64,000 bases of DNA. Source: an uncultured Tateyamaria sp. Lineage in GTDB: Bacteria; Pseudomonadota; Alphaproteobacteria; Rhodobacterales; Rhodobacteraceae. Made by a program: the position numbers and the translations under genes. Where the stretch lies: assembly GCF_947496075.1 (NCBI RefSeq), contig NZ_CANMBJ010000003.1, positions 87,834 through 151,833 on the forward strand, given 5' to 3'. Shown piece by piece: positions 8,403 through 16,369 of the stretch; within the stretch, counting starts at the first letter, position 1; each line of letters opens with the position of its first letter. The notes under the pieces are model-generated. The model was not told the DNA's origin. It searched no databases and saw only the letters and a program-made list of their open reading frames with translations.

Positions 8403-10496
8403 ATGGAGCGTAGCGTTGCCGTTGAAGCTGCCGACGGTGCAGTGGTGCAGCGGGCCTGCGACTGTGGCGGAGGCGGGGCATGCGCAGCTTGTGCGGCTGA
8501 CGAGCAACTCGGAGTGCAGCCAAAGCTGACGCTTGGCGCACCGGGAGATGTGTATGAGCAGGAGGCCGATCGGGTCGCGGACCGCGTCGTCTCGGGTGCG
8601 GGGCTGACGGGCGCGCCGATCGCCGCGACGCCGTTGGTGCAGCGGATGGAGGCGGAGCCCGAGGAGGATGACGCGTTGCAGATGAAAGCCGAGACGCTGC
8701 AGCGGATGGACGAGGAGGAGGACGAGGCGGTCCAGATGAAGCCCGAGTCGATACAACGCATGGCGGAGGAGGATGAAGAGGAAGCAGTGCAGATGAAGCC
8801 GGATCGTCTGCAGCGGATGGAAGACGAAGAGGAAGAAAGCGTCCAGATGAAACCAGCGGTATCGGGACCTGCCGCGCATACGGGAGCAGCGGCCGCAGCT
8901 GTGGCCACGGGCGGGCAACCGCTTTCATCTGCGGACCGGGCCTACTTCGAGCCGCGATTGGGCTATGACTTCTCACGCGTGCGACTTCACACGGATGCTT
9001 CTGCACAAAGTGCCGCCCGGGATATCAAGGCCCGCGCCTATACCCTGCACAATCACATCGCCTTTGCGCCGGGCGAATACAGCACCTCGACAGAGGGGCG
9101 GCGGCTCATGGCGCATGAGCTTGTACATACGTTGCAGCAAGCAAACGCGTCAGAACCGCGTGTTCAAAGACTAGAGTGCCCTGAGCAGGGCGAGCCGGTC
9201 GTCGAGCAAACTGGGGATGATGTCGAGTTCAAGCCTTCAGTCACCGCTGCGGCAACGGTGTCGGACGATCCAGATGGCGACGTAAACTCCGAAATTCTGG
9301 AGAATGCTGCCGATCTCACCCAGTTCGACTTCCATGTGGGCGACACGATCCGACTGGCTTTTGAAGACGAAGACCTTGAGGCGATGGAGGATGTTTCGCT
9401 GGCATCCGCCACGTCGGGCATCGAGATAGCTGAGGTTGGTGGAGATGGTACGTTTCTCTTGCGAGTATTGACTGGGCCAGAAGGCGAGACAGAGCAAACA
9501 ATCTACAAATTGCAGGCGACGGGTGCCGACCTGCCGGAGCCGGTGACGGTGCAACTGATGGTGTCAAAACTGCCAGAGCGGGTAGATATCATTGACCCTG
9601 AGGCTTTGGCGCTCGACGCGAAACTGGAACGAGTAAAGAGAGCGCGGCGCAGCCTGCGTGGGGATACGCGCAACTTGCCCAAGAGCACCCGGAGAAAAGT
9701 GCGCCGCCAGACGAAGGACGAGCTTCGCACCCGCAAGCGACGGCTGAAGGCAGAGCGTCGCGCCAAGAACAAGGAACAGCGCGACGCGTTGCGGTGCGCC
9801 CGTAGGAACGCCAGAAAGGCCGGAGCCAAGCGGGCGCAACAATCCATGAGTGATGAGGCGCGCAAAGCTCTCCGGCAAGCAGATCGTGCCGAGATCGAGA
9901 ATCTTGCGACAGCCTGTACGCTCGAGCAGCAGAAGCTTATCGAGGCTGCACTAGTAAGAGCCATTGAGGTTGCCAATGGTGCAATTGCCCGCCTGAAACC
10001 TTCGCAACGACCTTCGGACGCTGTTACCGCCGCGCTGATGGAAATCGCCCACCATGAAGTTGGTGAAGGAAATGCCGACGAGACCAAGGCGCTACTTCAA
10101 CGCTTTGTCGATGTATTGAACCTTGCCCGCAATGGCATGGGTTCGGTTTCGTTCGAGAATTTCCGGTGCGGCGCAAAGAACTGTGACGACACAACCGGTG
10201 CCTATGTAACCGCGGATAGCCGCAACGCCGGAAACACAGTGAGGCTTTGCCGCACTTGGCTGCGGGGCACAGCGGGATTCAAGTATGCGGCCGGCCCACG
10301 AGACGGCCGAGCCTATGCTCTCTTGCACGAATTCGCGCATATGGCAGGGCCGCATGGTGAAGTGGCTATCGGGCGTGAGGAGGAGGGGGAAAAGTATCTG
10401 CACGGGGACGATTGGCACAAACTCACAACCGATCAAACGATGACAATGGCAGACGCCTACTCCGCAATAGCGTGGAAACTGGTGGTGACGGGATGA
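8403..10496 (+). CDS. DUF4157-domain protein, candidate eCIS cargo/effector 2 with a C-terminal aspzincin (M35)-like metalloprotease domain
   Basis: VVQRACDCGGGGACAAC...PGDVYEQEADRVADRV leader and four acidic repeats. The DUF4157 core is DRAYFEPRLGYDFSRVRLHTD...HNHIAFAPG...MAHELVHTLQ. The C-terminus (C..NC...AYV...VRLC...LLHEFAHM...MADAYSAIAW) resembles the HExxH plus NADSY pattern of aspzincins. Confidence 0.8.
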   Translation: MERSVAVEAADGAVVQRACDCGGGGACAACAADEQLGVQPKLTLGAPGDVYEQEADRVADRVVSGAGLTGAPIAATPLVQRMEAEPEEDDALQMKAETLQRMDEEEDEAVQMKPESIQRMAEEDEEEAVQMKPDRLQRMEDEEEESVQMKPAVSGPAAHTGAAAAAVATGGQPLSSADRAYFEPRLGYDFSRVRLHTDASAQSAARDIKARAYTLHNHIAFAPGEYSTSTEGRRLMAHELVHTLQQANASEPRVQRLECPEQGEPVVEQTGDDVEFKPSVTAAATVSDDPDGDVNSEILENAADLTQFDFHVGDTIRLAFEDEDLEAMEDVSLASATSGIEIAEVGGDGTFLLRVLTGPEGETEQTIYKLQATGADLPEPVTVQLMVSKLPERVDIIDPEALALDAKLERVKRARRSLRGDTRNLPKSTRRKVRRQTKDELRTRKRRLKAERRAKNKEQRDALRCARRNARKAGAKRAQQSMSDEARKALRQADRAEIENLATACTLEQQKLIEAALVRAIEVANGAIARLKPSQRPSDAVTAALMEIAHHEVGEGNADETKALLQRFVDVLNLARNGMGSVSFENFRCGAKNCDDTTGAYVTADSRNAGNTVRLCRTWLRGTAGFKYAAGPRDGRAYALLHEFAHMAGPHGEVAIGREEEGEKYLHGDDWHKLTTDQTMTMADAYSAIAWKLVVTG
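8634..8855 (+). repeat. in-frame tandem repeat, four ~18-20-codon acidic units (L/V/I-Q-R-M-[ED]n-A/S-[VL]-Q-M-K-P/A)
   Basis: Peptide: LVQRMEAEPEEDDALQMKAE / TLQRMDEEEDEAVQMKPE / SIQRMAEEDEEEAVQMKPD / RLQRMEDEEEESVQMKPA. The DNA units repeat cagcggatgga...cagatgaa. Confidence 0.9.
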
Positions 10497-10506
10497 GGTG
10501 TTCATA

Positions 10507-11163
10507 ATGACAGGTTTCCCACGCTCTCCGAAACTCACGCGCGCCGGGCTGGTGCTGATCTCGCCTGAGAGCGGGGCGGTGGAGCGGATCATCACTTTGC
10601 AATATGCGTCCGAAACGCTCTCGCGCTCGCTGGAAGTCCAGAGCATCGCGGACGAGCCGGATCGTTCGCAGCCGCTCAGGCTGACGGGCCCGGCGGTGGA
10701 GACTATCACGCTGGAGGCCGAGCTTGATGCGACCGATCAGCTGGAGTTTCCACGGGAAAACCCGGATGCGGTGGAAGCCGGAATTTTTCCGGCGCTTTCT
10801 GCACTTGAGACGATGCTGCACCCCACCACGGCGCAGTTGGAGCGGCAGAATGCGCAGGGTGCGGCGGGATCGTTCGAGATTACTCCGGCCGAGACGCCGC
10901 TGGCGCTTTTCGTCTGGTCGGCCAAGCGGATCGTGCCAGTGCGGGTAACATCTCTGTCGATTACGGAGGAGTTCTTCGACGCAAATCTCAATCCCATCCG
11001 CGCGAAGGTCTCGCTCTCTTTGCGGGTCCTTTCCGTGGATGACCTGGGGTTCACACATCGCGGCTCCGGCCTTTTCATGGCCTATTTGCAGAACAAGGAA
11101 CAGCTTGCAGGACGCGCGCGGGGCGGTGTTCTGAGCGGCTTGGGCGTGGGGGGCTTGCCATGA
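10507..11163 (+). CDS. tube-family / tube-initiator-like baseplate-proximal protein (Afp5/Afp7 class)
   Basis: AGLVLISPESG..ITLQYASETLSRSLEV resembles the N-terminal motif of CIS tube-family proteins. It sits immediately upstream of the LysM/gpX-like and gpD-like genes. ATG 10507 has a gaggtg RBS; an alternative GTG start lies at 10498. Confidence 0.5.
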   Translation: MTGFPRSPKLTRAGLVLISPESGAVERIITLQYASETLSRSLEVQSIADEPDRSQPLRLTGPAVETITLEAELDATDQLEFPRENPDAVEAGIFPALSALETMLHPTTAQLERQNAQGAAGSFEITPAETPLALFVWSAKRIVPVRVTSLSITEEFFDANLNPIRAKVSLSLRVLSVDDLGFTHRGSGLFMAYLQNKEQLAGRARGGVLSGLGVGGLP

Positions 11164-11522
11164 CGAATCCAATTCAGGCGATGTTTGAGGCGGGGATCGT
11201 GGAGGCCACGGATTTTCCACCCGAAAGCCGGTATTCGGGTCTGCCGACGAAGACGATCAAGGGCCTTGATGGGCGGGTGATCACGTATGTGACGCGCCGG
11301 TTCGTGGCGCAGCCCGACGCTTTTGCGACGCAGGCCTACCGGGTGGTGACGCAAGGCGAACGGCTCGATCAGATCGCCGCCACCGATATCGGCAACCCGG
11401 AGGGCTTTTGGCATTTGTGCGACGCCAACGGCGCGGTGTTTGCCGAGGAACTTGAGGTGCCGGGGCGCGAGGTGCGTTTGACGCTGCCCCAGGGCGTGCC
11501 GGGCGCGGAGGAAGAGTTGTGA
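11160..11522 (+). CDS. LysM-like tail protein (P2 gpX-like)
   Basis: YRVVTQGERLDQIAATDIGNPEGFWHLCDANG...PGREVRLTLP is a LysM-type pattern, as in P2 gpX. ATGA overlap at 11160; 4-nt GTGA overlap with the next gene at 11519-11522. Confidence 0.65.
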   Translation: MTNPIQAMFEAGIVEATDFPPESRYSGLPTKTIKGLDGRVITYVTRRFVAQPDAFATQAYRVVTQGERLDQIAATDIGNPEGFWHLCDANGAVFAEELEVPGREVRLTLPQGVPGAEEEL

Positions 11523-12646
11523 TCAAGGGGATCAATCTTTCGGTGCTCTTCGGGCCGGGTGTACCGGTGGCGGCCCCGCGCGCGGTCGTCGATGCGTTGC
11601 AATCTGTGAAGGTGATGGAGAATTCGGGAGAGACAGCGAGCGGCTTCGAGATGATGTTCGCGCTTGAGAAGGACTCGCCCCTGAACACGATCTTCCTGCT
11701 GGCAGGTGGGGCGGCGTTGCCGATCCTGCGGGTGGCTTTGTTGGCAACGATCAATGGGCAGGCAGTGAGCCTGATCAACGGCGTTGTTGAGAAGACGGAT
11801 TTGCAACCCGGATCAGGCAGTGAGCCGTCGATGCTTTCGGTTAAAGGCAAGGATGTGACAGCGGCGATGGACTACTTCGATTTCTCCGGCATTCCATATC
11901 CCGCTATGCCGCCCTTTGCGCGGGTTGGGTTGGTGTTGGCGAAGTATGCCTGGCTGGGCGTGATCCCTCAGATCATTCCCTCGTTGGAGAGTCCGCCGCT
12001 GCCGACAGACCGCATCCCCAGGCATCAGGACAGTGATCTGGCCTACGTTCGCGCCCTGGCGAGGGAGGCTGGATACACGTTCTTTCTGAAGCCGGGACCG
12101 GCGCCTGCGACATCGGTTGCCTATTGGGGGCCGGAGATCCGACTGGGCGACGTGCAGCCTGCGTTGACAGCAGAGAGCGGGTTTTCGACCAATACAGAAG
12201 AGCTTTCTTTCAGTTTCGGGAAGGATGAGTTCGAGGTTCCTGTGGTTTACATTCAGGAGCGCAATACCAAAGCGCCTATCCCGATCCCCATTCCGAGCGC
12301 GCATCCGTTTCATCTGCCGCATGGAGCGATCGTACCGCCCCCACCCAAGATCAACCGCTTGAAGAACACAGCGCGGTTGAACCCTTACGAGGCTGTGGTG
12401 CGGGGGTTCGCGGCGGCGGCCCAGCGAAGCGACCCGGTGCGCGGGCGCGGGCGGATCGACGTGTTGCGCTATGGTCGGATCTTGCGGGCACGGAGCCTTG
12501 TGGGTGTGCGGGGTGCCGGGCGGGCGTTTGACGGCGTGCATTACGTCGACAGCGTGACCCACGATCTTTCGCGCGGTTCGTACAAGCAGTCTTTCACCCT
12601 GAAGAGGAGCGGGCTGTTGCCGACCCGTGCGTCGGTGCCGGTATGA
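11519..12646 (+). CDS. late-control gpD-like baseplate hub protein (gp27/VgrG N-terminal equivalent)
   Basis: Size (375 aa) and position match P2 order X-D-...-V-W-J-I-H. Coupled to both neighbours. The assignment rests mainly on synteny. Confidence 0.55.
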   Translation: MIKGINLSVLFGPGVPVAAPRAVVDALQSVKVMENSGETASGFEMMFALEKDSPLNTIFLLAGGAALPILRVALLATINGQAVSLINGVVEKTDLQPGSGSEPSMLSVKGKDVTAAMDYFDFSGIPYPAMPPFARVGLVLAKYAWLGVIPQIIPSLESPPLPTDRIPRHQDSDLAYVRALAREAGYTFFLKPGPAPATSVAYWGPEIRLGDVQPALTAESGFSTNTEELSFSFGKDEFEVPVVYIQERNTKAPIPIPIPSAHPFHLPHGAIVPPPPKINRLKNTARLNPYEAVVRGFAAAAQRSDPVRGRGRIDVLRYGRILRARSLVGVRGAGRAFDGVHYVDSVTHDLSRGSYKQSFTLKRSGLLPTRASVPV

Positions 12647-13152
12647 CGGAGACGTACTACGGAAAGTATCGGGGGACGGTCGTGAACAACGTCGATCCCC
12701 TGCTGACGGGCCGGATCCAGGCGATTGTGCCGGATGTGTCGGGCGTGGCGTTGTCCAGCTGGGCGATGCCGTGTTTTCCAATGGCAGGCATTCAGACCGG
12801 AAGTTTAGCGGTGCCGCCAATTGGCGCGGGCGTGTGGATCGAGTTCGAGAAAGGCGATCCGGATTATCCCATCTGGACAGGCGGCTTCTTTGGTTCTGCT
12901 GCAGAGGTGCCTGCACTTGCGAACATCACGCCGCCCGGTGTGTCGTCTTTGACGATGCAGACGACCCTGCAGAATGGGGTGACGGTGACGGACCTGCCGG
13001 GACCCACGGGTGGGATCGTGCTGAAAACCACCGCCGGGGCTTCTTTGATCGTGAATGATACCGGCATCTACATCCAGAACGGGCGCGGGGCCTCGATCAC
13101 GTTGGTAGGGCCAACAGTGACGGTAAACAATGGAGCGCTGACAGTCATTTAA
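12643..13152 (+). CDS. gpV / gp5 OB-fold spike protein (Afp8 C-terminal equivalent)
   Basis: YGKYRGTVVNNVDPLLTGRIQAIVPDV...AMPCFPMAG...VPPIGAGVWIEFEKGDPDYPIWTGGFF is the conserved baseplate assembly protein V / gp5 N-terminal OB-fold signature. Confidence 0.85.
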   Translation: MTETYYGKYRGTVVNNVDPLLTGRIQAIVPDVSGVALSSWAMPCFPMAGIQTGSLAVPPIGAGVWIEFEKGDPDYPIWTGGFFGSAAEVPALANITPPGVSSLTMQTTLQNGVTVTDLPGPTGGIVLKTTAGASLIVNDTGIYIQNGRGASITLVGPTVTVNNGALTVI

Positions 13153-13175
13153 ACAGGGAATTTGAGAGGGAGATC

Positions 13176-13496
13176 ATGCCAGGACCAATGCTGCATCTCG
13201 GGGCGACCGTGACATGTTCACACGGTGGGCAGGCTTTTCCTGTGGCACCCAATCCACGGGTGCTGGTGTCCGGTCAGCCCGCTGTGGCGCAGACATCGGT
13301 TTGGACGGTTGCGGGTTGCGGATTTGTGCCGCTTGCTGGCAACGGGCCGTGTGTGACGGCCACCTACGTCGTGGCAGCGACACGGGTGTTCATTGCAGGC
13401 GCACCTGCGGTTCTACTCGATAGTGCCAGTGTTTGCGCGCCAACTGGAACGCCTTTGATCCCGGTACAGAGCCAAACACGTGTGGTTGGGAGCTAA
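13176..13496 (+). CDS. PAAR-like spike-tip protein
   Basis: 106 aa, Gly/Cys/Val-rich (ATVTCSHGG..., VLVSGQPAV, VFIAGAPAV), directly after the spike gene. gagggag RBS. Confidence 0.6.
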   Translation: MPGPMLHLGATVTCSHGGQAFPVAPNPRVLVSGQPAVAQTSVWTVAGCGFVPLAGNGPCVTATYVVAATRVFIAGAPAVLLDSASVCAPTGTPLIPVQSQTRVVGS

Positions 13497-13862
13497 ATGA
13501 TGCAGCTTGAGTTTCCATATGGCTTCGATGGGCGGGACCGAACGGCGGAGACGTCCGAGGAGGAACATATCCGCGATCTCATTGAGCAGGTTCTGTTCAC
13601 CAATCCGGGCGAGCGTGTGAACCGGCCAGAATTTGGCGCAGGTGTACTGCAGCTTGTGTTTGGTACCGCAACACCAGAAGCGGCAGCGACAGCGGAGTTC
13701 ATGATCCGCGGGGCGTTGCAGCAGTACCTTGGGCAGCGAATTTCGGTTGAGGAGATCACAGCAGAGGCGGTCGAAGCCGCGATTGAGATAACGATCGTGT
13801 ATCGGATTTTGCGCTCCGACAGCTTGAGCACGACGACGTTCCGATTGGGAGAAGGCATATGA
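13497..13862 (+). CDS. GPW/gp25-family baseplate wedge protein
   Basis: EEHIRDLIEQVLFTNPGERVNRPEFGAGVLQLVF is the gp25/GPW signature. Size is 121 aa. Confidence 0.85.
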   Translation: MMQLEFPYGFDGRDRTAETSEEEHIRDLIEQVLFTNPGERVNRPEFGAGVLQLVFGTATPEAAATAEFMIRGALQQYLGQRISVEEITAEAVEAAIEITIVYRILRSDSLSTTTFRLGEGI

Positions 13863-16369
13863 TCTATCATTGCTGCGATCCCAGGCGGCGGGAGCTTGTC
13901 CTGGAAGCTATTGATGGCGGTGCGGCCATCAATGGTATCGATTTTCTTGAGGTGTTGGACAACGAGGCGCCGGATGATGTGGCCCCACAACAAACGCTGC
14001 TCCTGCGGTTTTTGGGAACGGCGCCAGCACTGACAGTGCAGAATTTCGAGCTGGTCGGCGGGGAACGGATCACCGGCGTTGCAATCGAGTGGGTGATGGC
14101 CGCCGATGCGCCGGATATGAACTTGGCCGAGCCCGGATTGCTTACATATCTTGGAACGCTGCCGGAGCCTGCGAACGTCCTTGTGCTAAGGACGGATTCC
14201 GCCGGAGATTATGCTGGCTATACGCTGCGCCTTGTCGCCGGCCCAAATGCATTGACGCCGCCGCCGGGCATAGATCGTGTGCTTTCGGAGGTAAACTTTT
14301 CCTTCAAGGTAGAATGCCCCACCGATTTTGATTGCGCGCCAGCCCATGTCTGCCCCGAAGACGCGCCGGAGCAGCCATCGCTGTCTTACCTTGCCAAGGA
14401 CTACCAAACCTTCCGCCGCCTGATGCTGGGGCGGATGGCGCAGATCATGCCGGACTGGCAGGAGCGGAACCCGGCGGATCTGGGGATCACGCTTGTGGAA
14501 GCGCTGGCGTATACGGCCGATCGGCTGAGCTATGCGCAAGATGCGGTGGGGACCGAGAGCTATCTGGCGACGGCGCGTCTTCGTTCCTCGATCCGGCGTC
14601 ACGCGCGGTTGGTCGATTACCGGATGCATGACGGGGCGAATGCGCGCGTCTGGATTCATGCTGCGACGGATACAGACGGAACCACGGTTGCGGCCGGCAC
14701 GCGATTTTTGAGCCGGGTGCCGGGGTTTGATCCGGTTGTCTCCCCCGGCGATGAGGAGGATGACGCGCTAAACACCGGACCGCTGGTGTTCCAGAGTTTT
14801 TCGGAGAAGGAGCTGTTCGTACTCCACAACACGATGGACTTCTACGAATGGGGGGATGCGGAGTGCTGCCTCCCGAAGGGAGCAACCCGCGCGACGCTGG
14901 AGGGAGATCTCGAAAACCTCGCCGTTGGAGACGTGTTGATCTTTGAGGAGCGGGTGGGACCGCGCACGGGGCTGGAGGCAGATGCGGACCCGACGGTGCG
15001 CCATGCCGTGCGGCTGTGTGCTGTCGAGGCGGGTCTGACGGATCTGGTGACGAACACGCCCATAACCGAGATACGGTGGGCAGAAGAGGATGCGCTGCCC
15101 TTTCCGTTCTGTATCTCGTCGCGGCTTGACGATGCTGTTGGCGGCGGGCTGGCGGTGGGAGTGTCTCGCGCCTTGGGAAACATACTGCTGGCCGATCACG
15201 GGCAGACCATTGTGGCGGAAGAACTCGGCGAAGTGCCCGAACCCCATTTGCGGCTGGTACTTGAGCGCTCGAACGATCCGTGTGACCACCCGGAGCCGAA
15301 AGCGGTGCCACCCCGTTTCCGCCCTGTACTGTTGGAGGGGCCGGTGAGCCAGATCGCCGAGTTTGACGAAGATGCGCCTTCGGCATTTGCTTCAACCGCC
15401 GTGGGGCTGGCGGGTCGGCGACCGGATGTGACGCTTGATACAGGCACGGTGGAGTGGGACGCGCGGAATGATCTGCTTGGTTCCTTCCCGGAAGACAGGC
15501 ATTTCGTCGTGGAGACGGAGCGCGACGGTGTTGCGCGGTTGCGCTTCGGGGATGACCAGAACGGGCGGCGCCCGAATTCCGGCACGGCATTCGAAGCGAC
15601 ATATCGCGTTGGGAATGGGCGTGTGGGCAATGTCGGCGCCGAGGCAATAGCCCACGCGATTACGGGTGTGGCGAACATAACGGTTGTGAGGAATCCGCTA
15701 CCGGCGACGGGTGGCGTCGATCCCGAGGGAATGGAGGAGGTGCGGCAGGCTGCGCCCTACGCCTATCGGCGGCAGGAGCGGGCAGTTACACCTGAGGATT
15801 ACGCGCGGCGGGCCGAGACGTTCCGCGATGTGCAGCGGGCGGCGGCAACATTTCGGTGGAACGGGCACGGGCACACGGTGTTCGTGACCGTGGATCGCTT
15901 TGCCGGACGCCCTGTAACGGCGGATTTCGAGGCGGAGTTACGCACCTATCTCGACCGGTTTCGTATGGCTGGATACGATCTTGAGATCGACGCGCCGCGT
16001 TTTGCGGCCCTTGAGGTCGCGCTTTTCGTTTGTGCCGGTCGCGAACACTTTCGTTCCCAGGTCCGCGCCGATGTCCTGGCTGCCCTTTCGGCTGAGCGGT
16101 TACCCGATGGCAGCATCGGCTTCTTTCATCCCGATAACTTCACCTTCGGGCAGCCCCTTTACCTATCGGCGATCTACGCACGGGTGATGGAGATCGAGGG
16201 TGTGGAGTCTGTCGAGGCATTGCATTTCCGGCGGCGGGGGCGGACCGACCCGGCGCCTTTGCTGGATGGTGTGCTGGAGTTTGGGCGGCTGGAGATTGCG
16301 CAGCTGGAGAATGATCCGAACTTCCCCGAGCGGGGTGCTTTGCAGATCGAGATGGGAGGCGGCAAATGA
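13859..16369 (+). CDS. baseplate J-like (gp6/gpJ family) wedge protein, copy 1
   Basis: PATGGVDPEGMEEVRQAAPYAYRRQERAVTPEDYARRAE is the baseplate-J C-terminal motif. ATGA overlap with gp25. Confidence 0.75.
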   Translation: MIYHCCDPRRRELVLEAIDGGAAINGIDFLEVLDNEAPDDVAPQQTLLLRFLGTAPALTVQNFELVGGERITGVAIEWVMAADAPDMNLAEPGLLTYLGTLPEPANVLVLRTDSAGDYAGYTLRLVAGPNALTPPPGIDRVLSEVNFSFKVECPTDFDCAPAHVCPEDAPEQPSLSYLAKDYQTFRRLMLGRMAQIMPDWQERNPADLGITLVEALAYTADRLSYAQDAVGTESYLATARLRSSIRRHARLVDYRMHDGANARVWIHAATDTDGTTVAAGTRFLSRVPGFDPVVSPGDEEDDALNTGPLVFQSFSEKELFVLHNTMDFYEWGDAECCLPKGATRATLEGDLENLAVGDVLIFEERVGPRTGLEADADPTVRHAVRLCAVEAGLTDLVTNTPITEIRWAEEDALPFPFCISSRLDDAVGGGLAVGVSRALGNILLADHGQTIVAEELGEVPEPHLRLVLERSNDPCDHPEPKAVPPRFRPVLLEGPVSQIAEFDEDAPSAFASTAVGLAGRRPDVTLDTGTVEWDARNDLLGSFPEDRHFVVETERDGVARLRFGDDQNGRRPNSGTAFEATYRVGNGRVGNVGAEAIAHAITGVANITVVRNPLPATGGVDPEGMEEVRQAAPYAYRRQERAVTPEDYARRAETFRDVQRAAATFRWNGHGHTVFVTVDRFAGRPVTADFEAELRTYLDRFRMAGYDLEIDAPRFAALEVALFVCAGREHFRSQVRADVLAALSAERLPDGSIGFFHPDNFTFGQPLYLSAIYARVMEIEGVESVEALHFRRRGRTDPAPLLDGVLEFGRLEIAQLENDPNFPERGALQIEMGGGK

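Noticed and set aside
8634-8855. A regular ~54-60-bp DNA periodicity that could suggest a CRISPR-like array or a non-coding VNTR.
   Set aside because: The units are in frame inside a long ORF, encode a coherent acidic peptide repeat, have no unique spacers, and no cas genes are present.
8007-9006. Three overlapping minus-strand ORFs (303, 256 and 280 aa) opposite the two DUF4157 genes.
   Set aside because: They are low-complexity translations (poly-Ser/Ala/Pro/Arg) produced by reading the acidic GAG/GAA repeat region backwards. The plus strand carries clear DUF4157 motifs.
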